Shown in pieces: positions 46,297 to 57,459 of a stretch of DNA of 64,000 nucleotides (positions within the stretch are counted from its first letter, which is position 1; each line of letters starts with the position of its first letter). The notes beneath the pieces were generated by a model. That model searched no databases. It was given only the letters and a program-made list of their open reading frames with translations, and had not been told where the DNA came from. A program made the position numbers and the translations under genes. The stretch is from an uncultured Gemmatimonadales bacterium (GTDB lineage Bacteria; Gemmatimonadota; Gemmatimonadetes; Gemmatimonadales; GWC2-71-9). The stretch covers positions 431,490 through 495,489 of the forward strand of contig CAWGJN010000001.1 of NCBI GenBank assembly GCA_963822925.1. The letters run 5' to 3'.

Positions 46297-49200
46297 ATGG
46301 GCATTGCCGGCCGGGTCGCGCAGGCTTTTCTCCGTTCCAAGCTCACGCCGCTGGTGACGGTGGCGTCACTCGCCGTCGGCGCCGTGGCGATGCTCGCCAC
46401 GCCGCGCGAGGAAGAGCCGCAGATCTCCGTGCCGATGATCGACGTGATGGCCACGCTGCCCGGCGCGTCGCCCACCGAGGTCGAGAACCTCCTCACCCGG
46501 CCGATCGAGAAGCTCATGTGGCAGGTTCCGGGCGTCGAGTACGTGTACTCCATGGCCGGCGAGGGCATGACGCTTGTGACCGTGCGCTTCAAGGTCGGTG
46601 AGGACCAGGATCGCGCCGTCAGTCGCGTCTTCGCGAAGATCGGCGCGGAGGCCGACCGCGCTCTGCCCGGCATCATGCCGCCGCTCATCAAGCCCCACTC
46701 GATCGACGACGTGCCGATCCTGGCGCTCACGCTTCATGGCGGTGGCTACGGCTCCGACGCCCTGCGCGCCCTGGCCACCCATCTGGCCGACGACCTCGCC
46801 ACCATCCCCGACCTGGCCCGCATCGACCTGATCGGCGGCGAGCCCACCCAGTTGCGCGTGACGCTCGACCCGTCGCGACTGGCCGGCAGCGGCGTCACCC
46901 CGGGCGAGGTGATGCAGGCGCTGCGCGCCGCCAACGTACAGTTGCCCGCCGGCGAGTACGCCACCGCCAACGAGGTGTTCCTCGTGTCGGTGGGCGCGCC
47001 CATCCGCACCGCGCGTGATGCCGGCGACGTCGTGGTGGCCAATCGCACGGGACCCGTCTACCTGCGCAATGTGGCCACGGTCGTCGAGGCGCCTGCCGAA
47101 GCCGCCGACTACGTGAGCCACACGGCACGCGGTGAGTCCGGCGAGCAGGCCGTCACTCTTGCCATCGCCAAGCGGCCCGGCGTCAACGCCACGGACATCG
47201 CCCACCTCGCCCTGGCCCGGGTGGAGGAGGTGCGCGGACGGCTGCTGCCGGCCGACGTCCGCGTGAACGTCACCCGCAACTACGGCGAGACCGCGAACGA
47301 GAAGGCCAATGAGCTCATGCTCCACCTGCTCATCGCGACCCTCTCGGTCACGGTGCTCATCGGGCTCTTCCTGGGATGGCGGGAGGCGGTGGTCGTACTG
47401 GTCGCGGTACCGGTCACCCTCGCGCTGACGCTCTTCGTCTACTACGTGCTCGGGTATTCCCTCAACCGGATCACCCTCTTCGCGCTGATCTTCTCCATCG
47501 GCATCCTGGTGGATGATGCCATTGTGGTGGTAGAGAACATCTACCGTCACCTGCAGATGGGCGACCGGGAGCCGGAAGTCGCAGCGGTCGAGGGCGTCGA
47601 CGAGGTGGGCAACCCCACGATCCTCGCCACCTTTACCGTCATCGCGGCGATCCTGCCCATGGCATTCGTCTCCGGTCTCATGGGGCCCTACATGCGGCCC
47701 ATCCCGGTGGGCGCGTCCGCCGCAATGCTTGCGTCGCTCGCAGTGGCGTTCATCATCACCCCGTACCTCGCATTGCGCCTGCTCCGCGGCCACGTCAAAC
47801 AGGTGGCCACACCTCATGATGCCACCCACGAGCCGGGGGAAGCCTCGCGGTTCGCGAAGTTGTATGACCGCATCATGGCGCCGCTGATGGACCGCCCGCG
47901 CCTGCGCACCGGGTTCTACGCCGGGATAATGGCGCTCCTCCTCGGTTCGGTCAGCCTCCTGGCGCTCAAGCTGGTCGAGGTCAAGATGCTGCCCTTCGAC
48001 AACAAGTCGGAGTTCCAGGTCGTGCTCGACCTGCCGGAGGGCGCGACGCTCGAGACCTCCAATGCCGCCGCGCAGGCGGTGGCGACGTACTTGGGCACCG
48101 TGCCGGAGGTCGTGAGCACCGAGAGCTACGCCGGCACCGCCGCGCCCTTCAACTTCAACGGCCTGGTGCGGCACTACTTCATGCGCCGTGCTCCCAACGT
48201 TGCCGACGTGCAGGTGAACCTGTTGCCCAAGGGCGATCGCCGCCGCCAGAGCCACGCCATCGCCGTTGTCGGTCCGCCCGGCAGTGGACTCGATCGCCCG
48301 GGCCTTCGGCGCAAATGCCAAGATCGCGGAGATTCCGCCCGGTCCACCCGTCCTCTCCACCCTCGTGGCCGAGGTCTACGCCGCCGACGACAGCACCCGG
48401 CTCGTGGCGGCGCGAGCATGTCAAGGCGATCCTGCTCGCGACACCCGGCGTGGTCGACGTGGACTGGACCGTGGAAGCTCCCGAGGCGAAGCGCCTCTTC
48501 CGGGTGGACCGGGTGCGTGCGGCCGAGGCCGGTGTGTCGGTGGAACAGGTGGCCCAGGCGCTCACGATGTCCCTGTCGGGCGCCGGCGCCGGGCTGGCCA
48601 GCGTGCCGACGGCCCGCGAGGGTGTGCTCATCGTGCCGCGGCTCGGCCTCGCGAGCCGGAGCGGCGTCGAGGCACTGCTCGCCGTCCCGGTCGCGACGCC
48701 GCACGGGCCCACGCCACTCGCGCGCTTCGTCACGGTGGATTCCACCACGCGCGAGCCGCTGCGCATGCGCAAGAACCTCCGCCCCGTCATCTATGTCACG
48801 GGCGACGTCGCCGGCACCATCGAGTCGCCGGTGTACGCGATCCTGGCCATGAACCGCGCGCTCGACACGCTCCGGGTGAATGGGGCCGCGATCAAGCGCT
48901 ACAACGCCACCGCGCCGACGCGCCTCGACGAAACCGCCATCAAGTGGGATGGCGAGTGGCAGGTCACCATCGAGGTGTTCCGCGACCTCGGCATCGCCTT
49001 CGCCGCGGTGCTGGTGCTGATCTATGTGCTGGTGGTGGGCTGGTTCCAGTCGTTCAAGGTCCCGCTCGTCATCATGGCGCCGATCCCCTTGACCCTGATC
49101 GGCATCCTCCCGGGGCATGCGCTCACCGGCGCCTTCTTCACCGCCACGTCCATGATCGGGATGATCGCGCTCGCCGGGATCATCGTCCGGAACTCGATCC

Positions 49201-49454
49201 TGCTGGTGGATTTCATCCAGCTCGCCGAGGAGCGCGGCCGGCCGCTGCGCGAAGCGGTGCTGGAGGCCGGGGCGGTACGGTTCCGCCCGATCGCGCTGAC
49301 CGCGGCGGCGGTGGTCATTGGCGGGCTGGTGATGGTGCTGGACCCGATCTTCCAGGGCCTCGCGGTGGCCCTGATCAGTGGCGCGATCGTCGCCACGCTG
49401 CTCACGATGGTCGTGGTCCCGCTGCTCTACTGGGAGATGGGCCGCGAGCGCTGA
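46297..49454 (+). pseudogene. RND efflux permease interrupted by two +1 frame changes (~48266 and ~48412)
   Basis: Phase 1 reads to ...RRQSHAIAV. Phase 2 reads SVRPAVDSIARAFGANAKIAEIPPGPPVLSTLVAEVYAADDSTRLVAA. Phase 0 reads EHVKAILLATPGVVDVDW... through to the natural C-terminus at 49454. Confidence 0.8.
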
Positions 49455-49490
49455 TGTGTACTCGAGGGACTGATTGAAGGGAGACAGGCC

Positions 49491-49697
49491 ATGTGCAGTG
49501 AAATGCTTATCCGGCGTATCGCCGGGCTGTTCGTACTGGGGTCGCTGGCACTGGGAGCGTGGGTGAACCCGGCGTGGTTGCTCTTCACCGCCTTCGTCGG
49601 GCTCAACCTCTTTCAGTCGAGCCTGACCGGGTTCTGCCCCCTCGAGCGCATGTTGGGGCGCGCGCGGTTGTTCGGCTGCACCCCGCGGAAGGCCTGA
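49491..49697 (+). CDS. DUF2892 (YgaP C-terminal-like) small membrane protein
   Basis: RRIAGLFVLGSLALG....FVGLNLFQSSLTGFCPLERML pattern. Confidence 0.7.
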   Translation: MCSEMLIRRIAGLFVLGSLALGAWVNPAWLLFTAFVGLNLFQSSLTGFCPLERMLGRARLFGCTPRKA

Positions 49698-49699
49698 CC

Positions 49700-50026
49700 C
49701 TAGCGGCGGCGGAGGAGCTTGCGCTTGCGCCCCAGTTCCTCCTCGAGCCCGCCGCACACCAGTTCACACATGGTGAACACCTCCGGGTCGGTGATGCGGT
49801 ACCAGCTGGTGGTGCCCTCCTTCCGTCGGTCCACGAACCCCTGCTGCAGGAGGACCTGGAGGTGCTTCGACACGTTGGCCTGCCCCCCGCCGGTTCGCTC
49901 GGCCAGCTCGCCGACCGAGCGCTCCCCGGCGCGGAGTGCCTGGAGCAGGCGCAGCCGCATTGGGTCGCCGAGGGCGCGGAACCGCTCGGCGATGAACTGC
50001 GCATTGACGTCACTCAACTCCGCCAT
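49700..50026 (-). CDS. ArsR/SmtB family metalloregulator
   Basis: FRALGDPMRLRLLQAL....SVGELAERTGGGQANVSKHLQVLLQQGFV. ATG 50026 with GAGGAG upstream. Confidence 0.85.
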   Translation of the reverse strand: MAELSDVNAQFIAERFRALGDPMRLRLLQALRAGERSVGELAERTGGGQANVSKHLQVLLQQGFVDRRKEGTTSWYRITDPEVFTMCELVCGGLEEELGRKRKLLRRR

Positions 50027-50146
50027 CTTCACTGCTCCTCTGCTCTATGACTATACGGTAATATAATGCAAGTGGCCGGAAACTTCATGCACCGGCGTGG
50101 TCCGCGCTGCCATATTTCACGTCAACTTCAATCTCGGGGACCCGTC

Positions 50147-52255
50147 GTGAGGATCCGCTCATTCCTGGCACTCGCCGCCCTCCTCGTCGCCGCAACACCC
50201 TCACCGGCACAGCAGGCTTCGCCCCGGGAGTACCCCGGTCTCGAGACCGGCAAGATGTGGCAGTTCGACGTGCCGCCCCTCGAGTACTGGAACAAGCGCT
50301 ACGGGTTCCAGCCGACCGCCGGCTGGCTCGACCACGCCCGCCTCTCCGCCCTGCGCTACGCCGGCAACTGCTCTGCGTCATTCGTCTCCGCCCAGGGCCT
50401 GGTGATGACCAATCACCACTGCGCCCGGGAGTGCATCGAAAGCGTCACCGAGAAGGGTGAAGACCTCCTCGCCAACGGCTTCGTCGCGCCCACCATGGCC
50501 GACGAGCGGCGCTGCAAGACGGTCTTCCTCGACCAGCTCCAGGAAATCACCGACGTCACCGCAAAGGTGCAGGGCGCCATCGGCAGCGCGAAGCCCGAGG
50601 AAGCGGCCCGGCTCCGCGCCGCAACCATCGCCGCCATCGAGAAGGAATGCATCGGCGCCGCGACCGACATCTTCTGCCAGGTGGTGACCCTCTATCGCGG
50701 CGGACAGTACAAGCTCTACCGCTTCCGCCGGTTCAGCGACGTGCGCCTGGTCATGGCGCCCGAGAGCCAGATGGCCTTCTTCGGCGGCGATCCCGACAAC
50801 TTCACCTACCCGCGCTACGACATCGACATGTCGTTCGTTCGAGCCTATGTCGACGGCAAGCCCGCCGCCATCGAGCACCACTTCGCCTGGAGCAAGGCTG
50901 GGGCGAAGGAGGATGACCTCGTCTTCGTCATCGGCAACCCCGGCTCCACCGGCCGGCTCAATACGATGTCCCAGCTGAGCTACCTCAAGGAAGTGTCATA
51001 TCCGGCGCAGCTTGCGACGCTCGACCGCCGCATCGGCGTCGTCGAGCAGCTCTCGGCCATCAGCGACGAGCGCGCCAAGGCACTTCGCAACCAGTACTTC
51101 AGCCTGCAGAACTCCCGGAAGGCCATCGGCGGATACCAGTCGGGACTCCTCGATCCGCGGCTGATGGCACAGAAGCGCGCCTGGGAAGCCGACTTCCGGA
51201 AGCGCGTCGCCGCCAATCCTTCCTACCAGCTCAAGTATGGCAAGGCCTGGAGTGAGGTGGCGCTGGTGCAGACCGAGCTGCGCGCCAGTGCGGTGAAGCG
51301 GCGCTACTACACGTTCAACGCCGACCTGAGCCGGCTCCTTCCCATTGCCGGCATGTTCGTGCGCTACAACGACGAATTGGCCAGGCCCGACTCGGCGCGG
51401 CTGCCGGCCTACAAGGAGGCCAACCGCAAGCAGCTCGAGATCGCCATGGTGGCCGGCGCGCCGATCGACACCGTCGCCGAACGGCTCTGGCTCACCGCCT
51501 GGTTCACCGCCATGGAGAAGGAACTGCCCGCCACCGATCCGGTGCGCCGCGCCGCGCTCGGCGGGCGCGCGCCGGCAGCCGCGGCCGAGGCGATGCTTGC
51601 CTCCACTACGCTCGTCGATCCGGCACAGCGCGTCGCCCTCTTCACCAGTGGTGAGGCGGGTATCACGGCCTCGAAGGATCCGTTCATCGTGCTCGCGCGC
51701 GTCATCGATCCGCTCGATCGCAGCCAGACGAAGCTGGTGCAGGCGCTCGCCAGCCGGGAGAGCGCGGCGACTGAACTCATCGCCCGGGCCCTGCTCGCCA
51801 CCTATGGCAACAGTGTCGCGCCCGACGCCACCTTCTCCCTCCGCATCAGCGATGGCGAGCCCAGGCGCTATCCGATGAACGGCACCTTCGCGCCGGCGTT
51901 CACCACCTTCTACGGCCTCTACGACCGGAGCATCGGGTTCGAGTCCAAGGGTGCATGGACCCTGCCGGAGCGGTGGCAGCAGCGGAAGGATTCCCTCGCC
52001 CTCGCCACTCCCTACAACGTCGCCTCCACCAACGATATCATCGGGGGCAATTCGGGCAGCCCGGTCATCAACAAGAACGCCGAGGTGGTGGGACTCATCT
52101 TCGACGGCAACATCGAGGGTCTGCCCAATCGCTTCCTCTTCACCGAATACCAGGCCCGCTCCGTCTACCTCGATTCACGCGGCATCGTCGAGGCGCTGCG
52201 GAAGGTCTATGGGGCCGGGGCGCTTGCCGACGAATTGACCGGCGCGACGAACTGA
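50147..52255 (+). CDS. S46 family serine peptidase (DPP7/DPP11-like)
   Basis: CSASFVSAQGLVMTNHHCA (His) and GGNSGSPVINKNAEVVGLIFDGN (Ser). The start is uncertain: GTG 50147 gives the signal peptide, and ATGs lie at 50066 and 50087. A perfect TATAAT sits at 50062..50067. Confidence 0.8.
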   Translation: MRIRSFLALAALLVAATPSPAQQASPREYPGLETGKMWQFDVPPLEYWNKRYGFQPTAGWLDHARLSALRYAGNCSASFVSAQGLVMTNHHCARECIESVTEKGEDLLANGFVAPTMADERRCKTVFLDQLQEITDVTAKVQGAIGSAKPEEAARLRAATIAAIEKECIGAATDIFCQVVTLYRGGQYKLYRFRRFSDVRLVMAPESQMAFFGGDPDNFTYPRYDIDMSFVRAYVDGKPAAIEHHFAWSKAGAKEDDLVFVIGNPGSTGRLNTMSQLSYLKEVSYPAQLATLDRRIGVVEQLSAISDERAKALRNQYFSLQNSRKAIGGYQSGLLDPRLMAQKRAWEADFRKRVAANPSYQLKYGKAWSEVALVQTELRASAVKRRYYTFNADLSRLLPIAGMFVRYNDELARPDSARLPAYKEANRKQLEIAMVAGAPIDTVAERLWLTAWFTAMEKELPATDPVRRAALGGRAPAAAAEAMLASTTLVDPAQRVALFTSGEAGITASKDPFIVLARVIDPLDRSQTKLVQALASRESAATELIARALLATYGNSVAPDATFSLRISDGEPRRYPMNGTFAPAFTTFYGLYDRSIGFESKGAWTLPERWQQRKDSLALATPYNVASTNDIIGGNSGSPVINKNAEVVGLIFDGNIEGLPNRFLFTEYQARSVYLDSRGIVEALRKVYGAGALADELTGATN

Positions 52256-52269
52256 CGGGAGATATTTCA

Positions 52270-52761
52270 ATGCGTCACCTGCTCATTCCCGCAGTCGCGC
52301 TTGTTGCGCTGCTCATTCCCGGCACCGGTTCGGCGCAGGAGGCGAGCCCCCTGGCCATGCCGCAGATCACCCGCGTCGATCCCGCCATCGAACAGCAGAT
52401 CGTCGCCATCCGCGACACGGCATGGCAGGCGTACTTCGCCAACGACCAGGCCACGATGTCGCGGCTCTTTCCCCCCAACTTCATCTCGATTGGCTGGAGC
52501 GGCGGTCCCTGGCTCGATCGCGCTGGTACGCTCGCCGATGCCGCGAGCCTCGCCTCCCACGGGGGCAAGCTGGTGGCGCTCGAGTTCCCCCACACCGAGA
52601 TCCAGCTCTTCGGCGATGTGGCGGTGGTCTACAGCCTGTATGTCGTGGAATTCAACTACGACGGGATCACGACGCGTCAGTCAGGCCGCGCGACGGAGGT
52701 GTTCCAGCGGAAGGATGGTCACTGGATCCACCCTTCCTGGCATCTTGACTCGGGAAGGTGA
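52270..52761 (+). CDS. Secreted NTF2-fold (DUF4440/SnoaL-like) protein
   Basis: Signal peptide MRHLLIPAVALVALLIPGTGSAQE. The C-terminal ...ATEVFQRKDGHWIHPSWHLD is typical of DUF4440. Confidence 0.5.
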   Translation: MRHLLIPAVALVALLIPGTGSAQEASPLAMPQITRVDPAIEQQIVAIRDTAWQAYFANDQATMSRLFPPNFISIGWSGGPWLDRAGTLADAASLASHGGKLVALEFPHTEIQLFGDVAVVYSLYVVEFNYDGITTRQSGRATEVFQRKDGHWIHPSWHLDSGR

Positions 52762-52768
52762 TGGACGC

Positions 52769-54238
52769 TTAGCGCCGCATCGCACCTGACGTCGACTCTG
52801 ACGGCGCCAGGCGTAGCAGCTCGACCCACGGCGCGATCCCGTCCGCCACCTGCTGTGCCATCGCGAGATGCAGCCGGGTGAAGGCATCGGCCGCACCCGT
52901 GGTCAGGATCAGCGCTCCGCTGATCGCGCCCCCGGCACGAAGCGGAAACACCAGTTCGATCTCGGCCCCACCTCCCATCACCCCGTGCGGCGCTTCGCCC
53001 GCGATCACCTTGCTCACCACCGCGTTGCTCACGGGCGTCGACGTGATCTCCCCCAGGTGCCGATGATCGCCTGGTACCAGCAGCAGCACGCGATCCGGCT
53101 GTTCCGTCCGCAGGGCCAGACGCACGCGGTGAAACGGCAACAGTGCCGTCGCTTCCGCCATGTATTCGCGCAGGCCGGTCGAGAAGTCCGGCACCGTCGC
53201 AAGGATCGTCGCCATCCGCCGCAGTTGTGTCGGGATCGCGTTCGCCGATCCCAACTGCGCCCGGATGATCTTGAGCTGGTGTGACTGCACCAGCGCCTCC
53301 ACCCGACTCGCGATCCAGGGCGCCAGGCGATTCAGCAGTTCCGCGTCGTGTGCGTCATAGACACCCACGGCATCGGCGCCCAGCAGCAGGTATCCCACCA
53401 CCCGGCCCGCCACCACCAATCGCACGCCCAGGGCCGAGCGTATCGCACCGTGACGGTCACTCTCAGCCCAGCCCGTCCAACCGGCCTCCACGAGCGCGTC
53501 ACCCATCAGCACACCATCGCGCCCGCTGAAGGCGGAGGACGGGTCGAAGAGGTCGCGCGGCACGATGAGCGAGCTGTCGCTCCATAGCCCACCATCCTCA
53601 TGCTCGCTCAGCCGATATATCTGTTCCGGCGATGCGCCCGGCACGAAGATGTCGAGCCGTTCGTGCGGAACCAGCCGGTCCAGTGCGACGCTCGCACCGC
53701 GCGCGAATCCCCGCGGCGTATGCCCTTGCCGCGTCGCGGCGGCGAGCGCGTCGATCACGCCGAGTTCGGCCATCGGCTCTACGTCGGGCCGGTCCGGATC
53801 AGCCAGGCGCCCGAGCGTCGGCGCGATCCGCCGTGCAACGGCGGCGAGGCGGTTGCGGGTGTCGGCGTCATGCATGTCGGGCGCGAACGACGCGACCAGC
53901 AGCAACCCCACGTCATCTCGCTCGGTGCGGCAGGCAAAGCAGGAGACGGATCCGTACCCGGCATCGCGGATCACCGCCTCGAGTAGCGTGAGCTGCGGAG
54001 CCGCGATACGCGGCGCCGGCAGCGGCACCCGCAACTCATCCTCGGCGAGCGCCGCCGGACCCACCAGAGCCGAGCCGCCCGACACCGGGAAGTGCCAGAT
54101 GGCGAGCAGGTCGTGCGGGATCTCCACCCCCACCACGTTGCTCAACGCCTCGTACCACGTCGTGAGCGTCGAAGCCTCACGGAGTGATTCCTCCGGGCCG
54201 GGAACGGGTACTACGAGTTCGCCAAGGTTTGTCTGCAT
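52769..54238 (-). CDS. Multi-GAF-like domain protein (tentative)
   Basis: 489-aa soluble ORF with three repeats of similar length and pattern. The family call is weak. Confidence 0.35.
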   Translation of the reverse strand: MQTNLGELVVPVPGPEESLREASTLTTWYEALSNVVGVEIPHDLLAIWHFPVSGGSALVGPAALAEDELRVPLPAPRIAAPQLTLLEAVIRDAGYGSVSCFACRTERDDVGLLLVASFAPDMHDADTRNRLAAVARRIAPTLGRLADPDRPDVEPMAELGVIDALAAATRQGHTPRGFARGASVALDRLVPHERLDIFVPGASPEQIYRLSEHEDGGLWSDSSLIVPRDLFDPSSAFSGRDGVLMGDALVEAGWTGWAESDRHGAIRSALGVRLVVAGRVVGYLLLGADAVGVYDAHDAELLNRLAPWIASRVEALVQSHQLKIIRAQLGSANAIPTQLRRMATILATVPDFSTGLREYMAEATALLPFHRVRLALRTEQPDRVLLLVPGDHRHLGEITSTPVSNAVVSKVIAGEAPHGVMGGGAEIELVFPLRAGGAISGALILTTGAADAFTRLHLAMAQQVADGIAPWVELLRLAPSESTSGAMRR

Positions 54239-54359
54239 ACCCCCGGCAGGTGCACGAGGTATGCCGAGGGGGACGGTGTGCTTAAGATTTGTATTTGCAG
54301 GGAGTTATGGACGTCAAACCAGTCGATGAATACCGACTGGGCGAGTTCGCTGCCGCGTC

Positions 54360-54388
54360 TTGCGCGATATACCCCCTCCCCCTATCTT
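54360..54388 (+). promoter_or_regulatory. Candidate copZA promoter TTGCGC-N17-TATCTT with an ATACCCCC-T-CCCCCTAT box in the spacer
   Basis: Read directly. The box (54367..54385) is 30 nt upstream of copZ; its left half matches the CsoR half-site ATACCCCC as I remember it. Confidence 0.35.
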
Positions 54389-54414
54389 TTCTCCGAGCGT
54401 CATCGGAGAGGCAC

Positions 54415-54627
54415 ATGACCCCCCTTGTTCTCAGTATCAATGGCATGTCATGCGGACACTGTCTCAACGCAGTGCGGCGCGCGCTCAGCAACACGCCCGG
54501 CGTGGCCATCGAGTCGGTGCGCATCGGCCGCGCGGATGTGCTGTACGATCCCGCGCTGACTTCGCCGGCGCGTGTTGCCGCCGCTGTCACCGACGCCGGC
54601 TACGAAGCCGCCGCCCATGTCGGATAA
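54415..54627 (+). CDS. copZ: Copper chaperone, HMA domain
   Basis: [24 protein letters not shown] (MxCxxC). GGAGAG lies 5 nt upstream. Confidence 0.85.
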   Translation: MTPLVLSINGMSCGHCLNAVRRALSNTPGVAIESVRIGRADVLYDPALTSPARVAAAVTDAGYEAAAHVG

Positions 54628-57061
54628 TCACGGAACCCACACGCATCCCGCTCCCGGCGGGACGGGCACGCCTGCGCACGCAGCAACGGAAGCTGCGCAA
54701 CAGCGCCTCCGCCTCGACGTCACCGGCATGACCTGCGCCGCCTGCAGTTCGCGCGTGCAGCGCGTGCTGGAGCGCACTCACGGCGTGAGCGGCGCCAATG
54801 TCAATCTCATGACGAAAACCGCTGCCGTCGATTTCGATCCTGCTGTCACGTCGCCGGAAGGACTGGTGGCCGCGGTCGAGGGCGCCGGGTACGGTGCCTC
54901 GGTTGATCCTGACAGCATGCCGGCGCTGCGCCACGTGCATCGTCACGAACGCGCCGCGACGCCCGCCGAGGCAACGGCACCGGCGGCCAGGCACGTCCAC
55001 CAGCACGCGGCCGGCATTACTCCCTGGGTGCCGCTCGCGTTCTTCGCGCTGTCGATGATCATCTCGATGCTGCTCGACGCCATCCCCGGCGGATCGGGTC
55101 ATGTCATGAACGATCCGCTGATGCACCTCATGCAGCCGGTCACGGTGCTCCTGCACCGGTGGATTCCCGGCGTCGCCGCGGTGCCCGCGCCAACCTGGCG
55201 CTGGGCCCTTCTCGCGCTCACGCTTCCCGTGGTGCTGGTGCACGGCCGTCACTTCTACGTCCGGGCGTGGGCCGCCGCGAAACACCGTGCCGCGGACATG
55301 AACACCCTCATTGCCCTGGGCACCGGCGCGGCACTGCTTTTCAGTATCGCGACCACGGTCGCCGGGCCCTGGTTCGAGCAGCAGGGCGTGGCGCCCGCCG
55401 TCTACTACGAGGCGGTCATCGGCATCATCGCACTCATCGTGACCGGTCAGTGGCTCGAGGAGCGCGCGAAGGGCCGGGCATCGGCGGCGCTCGACCGGCT
55501 CCTCGCTCTCCGCCCGCAAAACGTGCGCGTGGTCCGGCCCGGTGGCGACATCGAAGTCCCCATCACCCAGCTCGCGACCGGCGACGAGTTCCGCGTGCGC
55601 CCCGGCGAGTCCATTGCCGCCGACGGCGTCATCGTCGAGGGCCAGGGCAGCGTGGACGAGTCCATGCTCACCGGCGAACCGGTGCCGGTCGAGCGCCGCG
55701 CGGGTGACGAGGTCGTGGGCGGCACCGTGAGCCGCACCGGTGCGCTTCGCGTACGCGTCGTCCGCACCGGCGCTGATTCCGTGCTCTCTCGCATCATCCG
55801 CCTTGTGCGCGAAGCCCAGGAAACCCGCGCCCCCATCCAGCGGCTGGCTGATCGCATTGCGGGCATCTTCGTGCCGGTGGTGGTGCTCATCGCCATCGCC
55901 GCCGCAGCCGTCTGGTATCTTCTCGGGCCCGAGCCCCGTCTCCTCAATGCGCTCGTGGCGGCGGTCACGGTCCTCATCATCGCCTGCCCCTGTGCCATGG
56001 GACTTGCCGTTCCAACGGCCGTGATGGTCGGTACCGGCCGTGGCGCCGAAATGGGGATCCTGGTGCGCGGTGGCGAGGCGATCGAGCGGGGCGAGAAGAT
56101 CGACCTCGTGCTGCTCGACAAGACCGGCACCGTCACTGAGGGCCGCCCTCGCGTCACCGCCGCGGTGATGGCGGCGGGCGCCCCCATCGATCGCGATGCA
56201 CTCATTGTCCTGGCCGCCGCCGTCGAGCAGGCAAGCGAGCATCCGCTCGCCGATGCCGTGCTGGCGGCAGTGCCTCCGGGCAGTACCCTGCCCGAGGTAC
56301 GCGACCTCGATATCGCCGCCGGTCGTGGCATCGCCGGGACCGTGGCCGGCCGTCGCATTGCCATTGGCAATGCCGACTTCATGCACGCCAGCGGTGTCAC
56401 CACGACCGAGCTCGATGCGGTCGCGTCGGAACACGCCGCCATGGCCGCGACTCCGGTCTTCATCGCGGTTGACGGTGCATTGGCCGGCATGCTCGCCATT
56501 GCCGATCCCGTCCGTGCCACCAGTGCCGCCGCGATCCGCACGCTGCGCGAGCGCGGCCTCCAGACCGTCCTTCTCACCGGCGACCGGCGCGACACTGCCG
56601 ATGCAGTTGCACGCCAGGTGGGGATCACTACGGTCGAGGCCCAGGTATCACCCGACCGCAAGCTCGATGTCGTGCGGAAGTACCAGGAACAGGGCTGTCG
56701 CGTGGCCATGGTGGGAGACGGGCTCAACGATGCGCCGGCGCTCGCCCAGGCCGATCTCGGGGTGGCGATGGGTGGCGGCACCGATGTCGCGCTCGAAACC
56801 GCCAGCGTCACTCTCCTGCGCAATGACCTCCGCGGCGTCGGTGACGCCTTCGCGCTTGTGAAGCAGACCATGCGGGTCATCCGCCAGAACCTTGGATGGG
56901 CCTTCATCTACAACATCATCTGCATCCCGGTCGCCGCCGGCGTGCTCTATCCCGGCTTCGGCATCCGCCTCACACCGACCATGGCCGCGGCCGCGATGGC
57001 CTTGAGCAGCGTAAGCGTGGTGGCCAACAGCCTGCGGTTGAAGCGGTTTACATCCGCGTGA
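54617..57061 (+). CDS. copA: Copper-translocating P1B-type ATPase
   Basis: [23 protein letters not shown] and [11 protein letters not shown] motifs. Its start overlaps the copZ end by 11 nt. Confidence 0.95.
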   Translation: MSDNHGTHTHPAPGGTGTPAHAATEAAQQRLRLDVTGMTCAACSSRVQRVLERTHGVSGANVNLMTKTAAVDFDPAVTSPEGLVAAVEGAGYGASVDPDSMPALRHVHRHERAATPAEATAPAARHVHQHAAGITPWVPLAFFALSMIISMLLDAIPGGSGHVMNDPLMHLMQPVTVLLHRWIPGVAAVPAPTWRWALLALTLPVVLVHGRHFYVRAWAAAKHRAADMNTLIALGTGAALLFSIATTVAGPWFEQQGVAPAVYYEAVIGIIALIVTGQWLEERAKGRASAALDRLLALRPQNVRVVRPGGDIEVPITQLATGDEFRVRPGESIAADGVIVEGQGSVDESMLTGEPVPVERRAGDEVVGGTVSRTGALRVRVVRTGADSVLSRIIRLVREAQETRAPIQRLADRIAGIFVPVVVLIAIAAAAVWYLLGPEPRLLNALVAAVTVLIIACPCAMGLAVPTAVMVGTGRGAEMGILVRGGEAIERGEKIDLVLLDKTGTVTEGRPRVTAAVMAAGAPIDRDALIVLAAAVEQASEHPLADAVLAAVPPGSTLPEVRDLDIAAGRGIAGTVAGRRIAIGNADFMHASGVTTTELDAVASEHAAMAATPVFIAVDGALAGMLAIADPVRATSAAAIRTLRERGLQTVLLTGDRRDTADAVARQVGITTVEAQVSPDRKLDVVRKYQEQGCRVAMVGDGLNDAPALAQADLGVAMGGGTDVALETASVTLLRNDLRGVGDAFALVKQTMRVIRQNLGWAFIYNIICIPVAAGVLYPGFGIRLTPTMAAAAMALSSVSVVANSLRLKRFTSA

Positions 57062-57085
57062 ACGCAGTTCGTTACGGAGCGTCTC

Positions 57086-57388
57086 ATGAACACGGAATCC
57101 CGTCACGCCGACATCGACCCGGCCACCAAGCAGTCGCTGCTCAACCGCCTGCGCCGCATCGAGGGGCAGGTCCGCGGGCTGCAGCGCATGGTGGAGGAAG
57201 AGCGCTACTGCGCCGATGTGCTCACCCAGGTGCAGTCGGTGCAGGAAGCTTTGCGTGGGGCGGGACGGGAGCTGCTGGAGAATCACCTGCGGCACTGCAC
57301 CACGGCGGCCTTGCGGTCCAACGACCCCGCTCGCGCGGAAGAGATCTACCAGGAGCTGCTCGAACTCGCCTGGCGCTCCGCCCGCTAG
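57086..57388 (+). CDS. csoR: CsoR/RcnR/FrmR family metal-sensing repressor
   Basis: LLNRLRRIEGQVRGLQRMVEEERYCADVLTQV....HLRHC (C-H-C ligand pattern). Confidence 0.85.
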   Translation: MNTESRHADIDPATKQSLLNRLRRIEGQVRGLQRMVEEERYCADVLTQVQSVQEALRGAGRELLENHLRHCTTAALRSNDPARAEEIYQELLELAWRSAR

Positions 57389-57406
57389 CGCCGACTTCAC
57401 TCTTCC

Positions 57407-57459
57407 CGCAGTCGCAGTTCCTCCTCCGCAGTCGATGTTCCCCTCACCCCCACGCAGTC
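57407..57459. repeat. Tandem ~20-nt repeats CGCAGTCG..GTTCCTCCTC; same family as 62279..62373
   Basis: CGCAGTC recurs at 57407, 57427 and 57453. Unit 1 plus its flank is 21/25 identical to the 62.3-kb unit. Confidence 0.6.

Noticed and set aside
43871-50070. A shared ACTATAC ... TAATGCA string in the two AT-rich promoter islands (43871..43897 and 50050..50070), considered as a common operator.
   Set aside because: The spacing differs (10 versus 7 nt). The similarity is explained by both being -10-region-like AT-rich sequence.
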